The notes under the pieces: model-generated | The model's input: only the letters and a program-made list of their open reading frames with translations | Databases searched by the model: none | What the model was told of the DNA's origin: nothing | In this document: positions 12,554 through 24,279 of the stretch, in pieces | How the letters are laid out: each line of letters opens with the position of its first letter | Position numbering within the stretch: position 1 is the first letter of the stretch | Position numbers and translations under genes: made by a program | Source of the DNA: Epiperipatus broadwayi | Lineage: Eukaryota > Animalia > Onychophora | Direction of reading: 5' to 3' | DNA length: 64,000 bases | NCBI GenBank assembly: GCA_028023455.1 | Contig: JAQFVV010000002.1 | Coordinates: 24,986,001 to 25,050,000, forward strand

Positions 12554-14360
12554 TGAGAAGTCCATTAAAATATATTTATGATATCAGGATTTTAAAAGAA
12601 ATAAATGTACTGATATCTTGAAGAATTTTTTTGCCAATTCATAGCTTATCTCTGTAATTGATGATTTTTACAATGAGTACTACAGTGTAAAAATAAAATA
12701 TGCTATTATGTTGATTTTTATAATGTGATTTTGAATGCAAGATCTTGATTATATGAGTTGACAGAATTAAATGAGGAAACAATTTGTCTTTGTATAATTT
12801 GATGCAATTGAAAATACCTAGAAATTTAAAAGAAATGTGAAAAAAAAAATAAGCAAATTTTCAACAAGATAGCTGCTACACTGAAAGTATGCCAGTGGAA
12901 ACTGTTTAAAATTGAGATTCGATGTATGTTTTATAATTGATAGATTATTCATTCTTCTTAATTAAATTATTTTAAGGCCAATACCAGCATGTTTATTCTT
13001 AAAGTCTGAATGAAAACTAGTCATTGTTTTGCAATGTCAATAAGAAGAGATTCATTATAATAGTGATATTGAGAATAATAAGCCCTACAATTTGTCTCCT
13101 GATGTGTGGGAGGGGAGGAGTGAAAGAAATTCTTAATTAACAAATAGTGTTTCTTGGTGTGGTTAATAGCTTTTTAAGGATCAATATTCTCTGGCTTATA
13201 ATTAAGTCAAAATAAGCTGGGCTGCAGCTTAGATTTGAAAACGGATTCTGTATTTTAAATGAGGAGTCGTGCAAAAATTTCATTATGTATTTAATGGATA
13301 TCAGATGTATTTTAGGAAAAGCCATTTTTTATTATTATTATTAAGATGAAATCTCAGAGATTGTGGAAATGATAGCTAAATGTGAATAAATTAACATTTT
13401 TAAAATTTCATTCATTGAGAAAAATGGCATGGATAGTTGCAAGTTTCTTAACCATTCCCATAAAGAACTAATAGATATAGAGTAAATTTATTTTTATAAT
13501 AGAGATAAATCGCATAATCAACTTGCATGTTTATTAGAAGATATCTGGAGTCTTTTGCAATAAAGTACATGTTACATACATGAAATTGTTGCAGAAATAA
13601 AAGGTCTAGTTAAATAGCTAATGGATTGCACAATGCTTTTAATCTTCCTTGTGAAATCAAATAAATGGTCATATAATCAATGTGCATGGCGATTAGAAGA
13701 AAACCCATCAGGGTTTTTAAGAATTTATATGATATTGTTACAATAATACAAGAAAAGCTAATTTTAAATAGCTAATGATTTGCAGAGTGGTTTTAAATCT
13801 CATCAAATGAAACAGTCCTAGTGCTTAGGGCAAATATTAATTGGCATATTAGTTGATGTGATTGATATATTAATTAGTTTAAAATCCTAAGACGCTATCT
13901 TGTAATTTTTTTTTTAAATTAAAGAAATATATACACATTAGAAAGAGCAAATATGAAAGAATGTAATAAAGTTGATAAAACAGTCATTATCTAAAAAAAA
14001 TTTTTTTAAAAAAGAGATTTTTAACACTTTTGAACATTAATATTTTTACAGTACTTCATAAATTCTAAATTTTGAAAGTTATATGCTAAAATTATAATTT
14101 CATAGACAGCTTCCTTACATTTATCATAAAATGCTAAAAAAATGGTATATAACATGACCTACCCAAGACAGATTTTCATGATAAAATGTAAGAAAAGGAG
14201 ACGATTATTAACTTATTTTTGGTAGTAGACCTAGCTCTTGTCCTTGCATGCAGGATATCTATTAGAAATGCTAGGTTTTAGTAAGGGCAAAAAAAAAATA
14301 ACAATAAGAACTTTAATACTGCGATTAAGTCAAATAAATTTTCTACTTTGGGGAAATATA

Positions 14361-14599
14361 TTCTAGTTCGCTTGCGTGTGTAGCGCAAACAGGAAAAAAT
14401 ATGCTTTGCTTTATCGAGGAAATGGAATGTCTAACATATTTAGCATAAATTTGCATATCGTTAACCATCTTAGCAATCCAGCTATGATTATGATGGTTGA
14501 ACCCTTCGAAAGCACTAAGATCTTTTGTTCTTATTTATATATTCAGTAACAATACACAGCTTTGAGGACAATTGTACTACACACGCAAACAAACTAGAG
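14361..14599. mobile_element. TA-flanked MITE (~240 bp)
   Basis: Terminal inverted repeats TTCTAGTTCGCTTGCGTGTGTAGCGCAA and reverse-complement CTCTAGTTTGTTTGCGTGTGTAGTACAA, with TA on both sides. Confidence 0.75.
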
Positions 14600-15269
14600 T
14601 AAGAACATTAGTAAGTTGCAAATTATGAAAAAAATTATAATTAATTACTATATTATTGAAAAATGGGAGGGGGAGGCGGAAGACCTAAAATATGTATTCT
14701 TTTCAAGCAAAAAGTATTCAAAAAAATAAATATCAAAGAAAAATTTCTCTACAATTTTAAGAAAGTACGTCAATAAACAAAATAATTACAAGCACTGATA
14801 TATATGTGTGATAGATGGTGATGCAGACCACCTGATGCGTGCTGGTTCAGCATAAAATATGTATGTTAGGGGTCATAAATCCTTTTCACATGTATAGTCA
14901 TGTATATCAGTTGTATGAGATAGAGTGGATGGATTGAGGAAGCTTGAATGTCTTTTCAAATATTTGGAAATATTAATAGATGAAGAAAATAGAGAGAAAA
15001 ATAACACTGAAGATACATACTGTAAACCGTAAGTAATTCGAGACCTTGAAGTAAGTTCAAATTGTCTAACCTAAAACTGAAAAAATCAAGACTTAGAAAA
15101 TTGCAACAGATGAACAATAATATAAATAAAATCTTGATATATCTTACCTATTAAACTGAAATATGGTCTTCTGCATACATGTGCACCAGGGTGGGTTGTG
15201 GTTGTATGGGGTTGAGGCATCTGAGCTGTATGAACTACAAAACTGCAACAAATGAATATAATGTTACTA

Positions 15270-17330
15270 TCATGATATATCTTGCCTATTGCTGAACCGA
15301 GTAGGAATATGATTATGAGCCTGTATGTGTGTTATAGATGTAGTTGTGTGCGATAGATTTACAAAGGCATTTGAGCTGCTGCTTCTGGCATGATGAGCAG
15401 CAAAGCAGCCTGTCTTCACTCCTACACAAGGAGATGCAACCACATTCCACGCAGCCAAAATAAGTTGCATGACATGCTTTGTTTTTCAGGCATGCAGTGC
15501 ACCTCCTTTAATGGCTGCGCAGATCAGCTATAGTTTGGCTCCCAGATGAAATCTGAAGATACGGTATTACTAAACGCTTCATTTTCCTTGTTATAAAAGT
15601 CACCAATAAGGCTGGCTGATATAGCTATTCTATATTCCCGGGGTGATGTAGGCCGCATTGGCTTTTGGGTCATGTATAGAGTGTATAAAATGTAGGAATT
15701 AGTTAATTGCCATATCAAAACAATGCCAGAATAAGCTCATAGGCCAACACTTAGACTTTCTATCCCAGTCGTGCACAGTTCGCTTTTGGTTTGTTAAGTC
15801 AATCCCACCCATGAAGCAGTTGTATTTTTTTAATTGCATTTGGACATAGATAAATATGTGTCGTGTACCATCCTTATGTGTTCTAACAACGGTACCAGAT
15901 GATGGATAAGCATTTTTGAGCATAACAATTAGCTTATCCATCCAAACTAGAAACTCAAGACCACTGTCAATTATAGAATGGAAGTCTCCTCTCCTCATCT
16001 GTTTATAATTTTTAGCTTTTTCACGGATGCTATCAACTTTCAATGGGCCACAATAAGAGATTTTACTTGCAGACAGCTTCTGTGCTAATTGTACACTATT
16101 AAAATATCTGTCACAAAAAATTATATGATTCTGTTTAGCAAGTTGTGGCAAACCACTGACAGCACTACTCGGATTCCCAGATTTAGGTCAGCATCTGGAG
16201 TTGCACTTTTGCCTGTATACAACTCCATAGGGTACACAAATCCATTATGGCTATCTGCACAGACCCACCCATTGAAGCCTCGGTTTTGGGGCATCAAACT
16301 ATTTCATGATGTTACGATCCTTAAATTTAGTAATTGCTTCATCAACTGCTACTTCTTAGTGCATCTGATATGCAGCCTTGAAATTAACATTAAAGTGATA
16401 TATGATTGGCCTGATTTTATAAATTCTATCATGCTCTTTATTAGCAGTTGGTGGTATGGATTATTGTCATTGAAATGCAAATTATTTAGAAGTTCAAAAA
16501 ATCGATCTCAAATCGTAATTTTAGCAAGTACTGGTTGACACAGAAATTCATTTTTAGGCCAAATAAATTTGAATCTTGGCGCACATGACACACTGCAAAC
16601 ATGAATTACCATGCCTAAAAATGTGTTCAACTCAGTGGGTGACAAATTGACCCAGTTCGGTACTGCTTTCCATTCTGAAGCATACCTATTGCTTTCAGCA
16701 CATATATAATCATATAATTTCCTATCAAAAAGTAAATTTAAAAATTCAGTAATTGAGTACTCACGGGTAATGGAAAACTTTAGCCCTGGAGACTTGGTAA
16801 ATGTTCCGATTGGCACATGTGGTTCATTAACGTTACCAAGAAATAAATTCGAATCAAGTAGAGATGAAGGCCCAGGGCATCGGCTCATTCGCCATTCTAA
16901 CCTTCCTTACAGATGACTTTACTAAGCTGAACTTTTTTTTTTTTTTTTTGATACTTCTGCTTCTCGGTCATCTGATAAATCACTACCATCTAATGAGTTG
17001 CTAGAAGAGGCCTCAGAAATACACGCATCATCAATGGGAAATTCTTTATCCAAATCAGAATCAAGTTCAAAATTACTGGCGAAAGCATCCATTATCACGG
17101 CAGAAATTATTTTCCGTTCACTAAATCTAAAAAAAGACATAAAATGTACTATACAAAAAAGTTTCGTAAAAAATCGACGTTTTATCGCAGAGAAAAAATA
17201 CACCTATAGAAAGATAGCAGAAAGAAAGAAAAAAGACCCATAGGTGTAAAGTTTACAGCTTCCGCACAAACTCAGTTGAAATCTAAATTTTTAAAATAGG
17301 GGCTCTCTAGCGGCGCTTCGGACTCTAGGG
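15270..17330 (-). mobile_element. piggyBac-family element with a pseudogenised transposase (DDE_Tnp_1_7, PGBD-like)
   Basis: Acidic N-terminus (ORF 16922..17203); W..LSPTELNTFLG; catalytic segments VAVDEAITKFK, IFCDRYF and YNCFMGGIDL; W.RKSKCW..LFW; Cys-rich tail RRCTAC...FGCVECG.ISLC. Several frameshifts and stops. Candidate 5' terminus CCCTAGAG at 17330 with an imperfect TTAA; the matching other end was not found. Confidence 0.9.
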
Positions 17331-17449
17331 TTTTATCACTGATTGAACATGAAGTGATGAAATATAATTCAGGGTTTTGTTTAATTGATATTTGAGCATT
17401 TGAAAGATTAAACATTTGTGCATTGAATGATAATGGTGAAAAAAATGAA

Positions 17450-18700
17450 GTAACAAAGATTATTAGCTAGAGATAATATTGATAAATAATTGGTGATCAC
17501 TAGAGGTTCACTTCTGAATAGCAATGGTAGCTTTTAATGAGAATTGATCATACATTGGTTATTTTAAAAAAAGCGGTAGATTTATCTGTTAACATAGATT
17601 GCCTAAAACTTGGGATAGTAAAGTATATAATTAAATATTCTTCGAATAATAATGTATAATGTAGGAAACGGTAGTTTTATAGCTATTAGTGAAAAAAATG
17701 AATAAAATAGCAACGCTTAATTATTCAGATATATGAGTTGAGAATGGGTCTAATTATTTATATAACTTGATTTCAGATATACATGGGAGTAAAAACTGAA
17801 TAGATTACTAAAGGAAATGAGTTTATTGTCTTTAAGTAATGTTTGATCTAATATAAACCCATAATTTGTTAGGATTCTGGATTCAACATCTTGGAATCTA
17901 AATGTAGATTTGAGATAAAATAACTGTTATTGCTTTAGATCTTTATAGTAGATGCAACAACATTTAAAAAAAAATTGCAATTTGTATATATCTTGAAAAA
18001 GGAATGCAAAGATTTCTTTTAAAATATTTGATAGGTTAGTATAATTAACATTTAAATCTATGTTTGTTTAGGTCCTAAAATATATGTTTGAGATATTTAA
18101 ATCTGCTGCTGATGGTGCATTTTTCAGTGGGATAATCAGTGATATAAACAAATATCTTACATTGAATATTCCTGAAATGATGACCTCAGTGAAGTTTAAA
18201 AATGTAAAAAATAACTTTTTTTTTATTGCATTGAAAATTCAATGCTTTTATTTATTCATTGTCTTCATTCAGATTGTAACTTGTAATATGTGTAGAAGTA
18301 CAGCAATATTCTTTAAAGCCATGGCAAACAAAACATCTAATGATCAAATTCCATGGATATTGTATGTATGGTCTTACCTAAATTCTGGTAATCTAATACT
18401 GTTGAGTACTAATTAAATATTATAATTATTTAATTTTTTGAATTTCTTTTTTGTTTGGAGTTTTCTGTCTAAATCATTGTCATGGTTAAGAAAATGTGCT
18501 ATTAAAAAATTAAGTTCTCTCAAAACAATATCTCTAGGTAATAAATTTATAATGTATGGGAATATTTTAAATATGCCATTATGTATTGTGGAATAAAGTT
18601 GGAGAATAAAAGTAACAATATGCTCATTGAATTCTTTGGAAGTAGTCATAATTTCTTTAGTACTAAATTATTAATTTCTTAAAATTAAATATTCGGGGAG
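17450..18700 (-). mobile_element. Highly decayed Penelope-like RT fragment
   Basis: Minus-strand FNVRYLFISL (cf. PLE FDV.SLFT.IP) followed by LKSTFRFQD (cf. TYF.FQ) in the expected order; heavily disrupted, boundaries approximate. Confidence 0.35.
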
Positions 18701-21531
18701 GGAGGGTGCTATTAGAAAATTAAAAGCATGTAAGAAGTTTTGTCATATCTGTTGTTGTTAGGAACTTTTAATGAGTAGTTAGAATTATTGGGAAATACTA
18801 TAACGGTTGGTGGAACCTCCCTAACCTAATCTGCCATACCAGGGCGCCACTAGGCTATTGGAACCTAGAAAATTTATATAGTAGGAAGATAAGCCCCAGT
18901 CACTAGCTCAGGGAGAAGCTGAGCTTAAAGTATCACACTATATTCAAATTTCTAATTCTTAACTTTAAATATTATTAATAAAATAAGTTACTGCCAAAAT
19001 TTAATTAAACAAAACATTTTATTGTAATGCACACACATATTAAAAAGGAAAATTTTATAAAATTAAATTAACTAGTGAATATTTTTGATTTAAATTATAT
19101 GCACACATGGAAGCATTTAATTGATTTAATACAATTTTGATAAGCGTGAATATGCTACATCGATTACCGATTATGCATATAACCAACCCACTTTCTTTTA
19201 GCCTTAGGCTAAAATCTCGTTCGAACCAAAGCTAGCTTACTGATATACTGATGTGACCAATACAAAATGGGATTAGCGTAACACAACCATGCTAAAAGGA
19301 ATTTACGTCTGTAACATGTTATCATTAGAGAAATAATGAAACATGGTGGGAAGAAATGAGCCTCTTTCCAATGATCATTCATAAACCTCACCAACAGACA
19401 GGAACAATCCATTGCCAAATTGGTGATGTAAAAACGAAATTATTTGAAATATATATACGAGAAGCTCTATAAATGGGGATAGCGATCTTTTCCGGCTTAT
19501 TGTCCCAATCAGAGAGTAAGAAAATCAATAGCATAGAAATACTCTACTACCATTGACAAATGTGATGGCTACACTTTTGACCATACGTTCAAGTGGGTAT
19601 TATGCTCTGTATGCTAACACGGTAGAAGGGAACGAGTATCCAATGCATCTATTCAAATTACATTGACATAAAACATCCGTACATCTATCCACCAGCACCG
19701 ATTTAACTACGAAACAATTAGCCCAAAATTAACACATCTTAAACTAACATAATCTTATTAAATCTATGCAGCCATTCACGCTTATTTTTAAATTATTAAT
19801 TTATAAGACTTAAGAGAATGGAAATGATAATACTAGCAAACATATTAAAAGAAAATATAACAAATAATTTAAGTTTCTGCTTAATCAGATAGACTATGGG
19901 TTAGGTACCATTTAGATTTAGTACTGTATTTGAAAAATTCTTAGACTATTAAAGTATTTGAAAAAGTTCTTAGCTTATTGAAGTTTATACTTTCTGTGGC
20001 TGTAAGTTTATTGAAGTCCGTCTTGGTGATGCATGGTAGAATACCGAGTTCTTTCCATTTCATATTCTTCTAGTTGGAATCAAGTCCGTTGCTAGTCAGT
20101 TTTCGGGAACCATCATAATCTGGAGACTGCTTCAGCTGAAGCAAATGCGGGAAACGTACTCCTACGTTTTGGAGATTCGCAATACACTTACAAATATATT
20201 TAAATAAGACAATTAGCACGAGCAATCCAATCTGATTCTCAGCTTCAAAGTTTTCATTTTATATCTTTGTGAATTCTTATCAGCTAATTCCGGATCGATC
20301 TTGCCTGCCTTGACTTTTCTCTGTGGACCAAGCGTTTATTTCCATCGTTATTGGTCAGCTTTCTCTAGAGTGTGAACTGAAAATTTTATCACTAGTATTT
20401 TTTTTTAATTTATCTCTTATCTGACTTTATGCTATTACATTAATATAGAAAATCATTTCCATTCTAAGATTAAAAATAACTAACAGCATTTTTTTTTACA
20501 ATTTTATATTAAAACAATCTTGTTTTTAGATTTTAAACTTTAAAGAATTATATAATTAGTTTGCCATCTGTGCATTATATATATTAATTTAAATAAAATT
20601 ATTAAATTCTCTTTTTATATATATATATTTTTACTTGAGGGTGATTTTATATTTTTTCCACTTTTATTTGAAAGAAATGTAATGGCATATACTTATTCCA
20701 TTACAATACTGATGCCAGGCTTTGAAAAAATTGGCTATGAAGTTATTAAGATTGTTGTTTTTCCCTTAACTTTCAGAAATGTTTTTAGGTAATGAAACAA
20801 ATTTTTCTGAGGATAAGTTGGCATATTTATTTGAGCAATTAAGTTTGAAAATTATAGTTTTCAAATTGTTTTCCTTTCCTCTCAGTGATTGACCAGTTGG
20901 AGCATTATTGAACTGTAGCAGTGCAAAATATTAATTTTCTTTATCTTGAATTTAATAACATGAGAATGATTTTTCACAAATATTCTTTTCCTATTAAACT
21001 TAAATTTCTTTAAAAAATTAGATTCATTATAACGACAAAGTTATTAAAAATAAATGTTCATTAACATAAGCATATTAGTTATATAAAATTCAAAGTCCTT
21101 ACATAACACGAAGTCTCCTCCAGTCTTGTTTTTAAATTCTTATCAGTATTTGGTGCACATTGTTTCAGCACTTAAATAATTATTGTCTTTCATAAAATCA
21201 TAGTTTTAAATTAAGCCTCAAGTAAAATTCTCTGATAGGGAGCAACTAGTGTTTATGCCATCATTTTAAAATATAGCTTATAAAAAAATTACTACTGTTA
21301 CAATTAGACATAAATAAAAATATATTAATTATAAATTTACGCTAAACTATACTACACTTTTCACACAGTGTCTAGACTTGATTGAACTTCTCCTTTTATA
21401 CTGATTTTATTGGTTAATTCTGCTTTTAAAATTCTTACTTATTTATATAAACTAAATTAATTTCTTCTTTACAATGAGTTTTAAATATATTAAATTATTT
21501 AGCACTTACAAATATTAAATACTTTTATTAA

Positions 21532-23482
21532 GGGGTTCTAGTAAACTATTAACTGTGCCGCCTTTGGTAGCGCTGTTTCTGTGTAAAAACACAGAATTAT
21601 ACCGCTTTCGCGGCCGAACCTACGGCTAATATACTAGTGATCATTAATATACGAGTAGATCGTGTAGTGATTATAATACGCGGCCAATTCTTCCGCGTTC
21701 AATAACACTATGTCTACTAACAATACTATGATCGTATAGTTTGCCGTTGATTTCATTGCGGGTTGAATTCCTATGCATATTGACAGAATTTGTATTGTCG
21801 CTAGAATTTCAGATGAGAGTGTGAGCATTGTCATCTTTTTCAAGTGTTTATTTGTTGATGTTTATGATTTTCTGTATTTCCCAACTGAAAGATTTTTGTG
21901 TACTAGTAATTTTCAGCGTATTATTGATATTTGTCAAAATTTTTTTTTTGGCTAATTTTGGCTTCTTGGGGGGTCAAAAAAGACAAAATAAAATTTCTCA
22001 AGCTCTCTGGCAGACGATTGGAGTTGTTTGCGGAAAAATACTGTTTCTGTCATGACTCGGATGAGAGTTAAAAAAGAACAAAATGTCTACCACGTTATTA
22101 TATTTGTGGGACGTCCCAAACAGAGAAAGTGAGGCAGTTGCATTGTTGCAAGCCCAAAACATCCTGCCATTCGTTACAGTTGATTTAGTTCAGTCATATG
22201 TGGTTAATAAATTTATTTTCTGGAATTTGTGTTTTGTTTGCGATTATTTTTATCTGTAAATCATGTAATTAACACCCAGAATGACAGTGTTAAAAAGGGG
22301 TGTCGTAGTTTGTTGGACATCTCTTGATTGATTGATTTTTTTTTTAAAAAAAAAAAATATATATTTCTTCTTTTGACATACCTATTCATTCAGTTTAGAA
22401 GCAAAAAGAGTTTTTTTGTTGTTGTTTTAAATCAATAAACAGCACGTTGAGTAGATTTTAAAAATGAACCCGAGCTTAATTTTTGTTGTTAAAAAAGAAT
22501 AAAAATACCGGACGTTTTATTTGTTATGAAAACAAAAAATCTTTAACAAACTTGTACGACTCTTAAAAAAGATAAATAAATAAATCCTACAGAATGTAAC
22601 AAAACCGGTTAACATACATATTTTTTGTGTTAAAAAAACAATACCGCGATTGACTTTTTGGATTTTGTTTTGGACGTTTTATTTGTTATTATTAAAAAAA
22701 GAAAAACCCGCCGACACTAAAAAAAAACCCCGTATTTATAAATCTAAGAGAAAAAAGTCCCGCTTTATTTATTATTATTAAAAAAATCAAAACCCCATTT
22801 TATTTGTTATTAAAAAAAAATCAAAACACGCCAACCAAAAAAAAACCCCCGTATTTATAAATGTAGGATAAAATACCAAACAAATCTTTTCGTTTATAAG
22901 CAAATACGACATCTGAGGCGGTGTTTGTCGGACAGGTTTGAATTTTTTGTTGCTAAATCAATCAACAGCAAACCCCCTCATTTTTAACATAATTCAAAAA
23001 GAAAGTGTCTATTCTAATTTTAAATAGCAACAACAACAAAAAAAGAAAGTCGTATGTAAAGCAAATTGTGTATATTTGAGATATTCCAAAAAAAAAGTTA
23101 AAACTGTCCCTTATTACTTTGAAATGTATCGAATCCAAAACAAAAAAAATAAAAGACGTCTGTAAAAAAGAAACAGTAGACTAAGAATGGAAATCCCCCC
23201 CCCCCCAATAATATGTCAAAAATTATGTACTTTTGAGATCCAAAAAAAAAGGTCAAAGTCTCCTTTATAGTTTGAAATTTATCAAATGAAAACCAAAAAA
23301 ATAATTATATCCAAAACAAAACAACAATATATTAAATATTTAAAAAAAAAATTTCAGCCATATGTCAAAATACGATCTATTAGATAAAAAAAATCTAGCG
23401 GCCCGGTAATGTTATAACGCTCTGTTTTTAACTAGAAACAGCGCCACCAAAGGCTGCACAGTTAATAGTTTACTATAACCTA
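21532..23482. mobile_element. Non-autonomous TTAA-flanked DNA transposon, Kolobok-like (~1.95 kb)
   Basis: TTAA at 21528-21531 and 23483-23486; ~50-60-bp terminal inverted repeats GGGGTTCTAGTAAACTATTAACTGTGCCGCCTTTGGTAGCGCTGTTTCT and reverse-complement TAGGTTATAGTAAACTATTAACTGTGCAGCCTTTGGTGGCGCTGTTTCT; internal TTTTATTTGTTAT repeats. A purine-purine terminus with TTAA fits Kolobok rather than piggyBac (CCY). Confidence 0.7.
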
Positions 23483-24159
23483 TTAAGGTATCAAATATCT
23501 TCATTAAAACAATTTAAATATTTTAATGACCCTAAATAATAATTTTAACTGTTACTTTTAAAGATTTATCATTAGATTTAATTTTTGTTACATTTATAAT
23601 GTATCTAATTTTATTAGCAGGCTGAAAATCAAAGTTTTATTTTTTCTGTCTACAAACACGAAAGCTCACACAAACACACCTTAAACCATGTGACATTTTC
23701 AGAACATTTTAGATAAGAATTAAATTATTTATTATCTAAATATATTATTTTATTACTTAATTTATCTTAAAATGACTAAACTATTTAATACATCTTTGTA
23801 GGCCGTTATTTACTGAGTTTGAACTCGTACTACATATTAGAAAATAACATAAATTTATAATTTTTTTTAAAATATCTAAATTTTGAATCCTGCCTAAACT
23901 ATCTGCACCAAGTATAAGGGCACAATATATATATATTCACAGAATTGGCATTGATATAAAAAAAAAAAAAAGCAATATTTGAACTTCATTTAAATGATTC
24001 TTTGGGGATCTGGTCGTTCTGTGAATAGGTATATATTAATAGCATTGCATATTTGATAAGACAAGTTATTTACAAGCATAAAATCATTAAGAGTATATAT
24101 ATATTACATAAATTACATTTTAATTTTTTTTTTTTAATAATTAACATTGTTAAAAATAG

Positions 24160-24279
24160 CTCGCAAGAAGAAGAAAAAAAGTAGATGGGGTGGTGATGAA
24201 AAAGAAAAGGCCTTTATTCCAGGGATGCCCACTGTGTTGCCTAATAACCTCACACCTGAACAAGAAAAAGCCTATCTAT
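24160..24279 (+). CDS. SF1: SF1 coding exon 3, U2AF ligand motif: (A)RKKKKKSRWGGDEKEKAFIPGMPTVLPNNLTPEQEKAYL
   Basis: Matches SF1 KKRKRSRW...IPGMPTVIP.GLT.EQERAY; TAG acceptor ending at 24159, GTAAGT donor at 24280. Confidence 0.95.

Noticed and set aside
16089-17243. Plus-strand ORFs of 149 aa and 81 aa
   Set aside because: Antisense to the piggyBac transposase; no independent coding evidence.
15270-17330. Domesticated PGBD gene or SF1-transposase fusion exon
   Set aside because: Multiple stops and frameshifts, and it is antisense to SF1.
19340-19370. WWEE resembling a parvoviral NS1 Walker B
   Set aside because: No Walker A or other SF3 helicase motif nearby.
17300-23460. CTCF-like GC-rich motifs near transposon ends
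   Set aside because: Matches have mismatches or wrong spacing and are explained as transposon terminal sequence.
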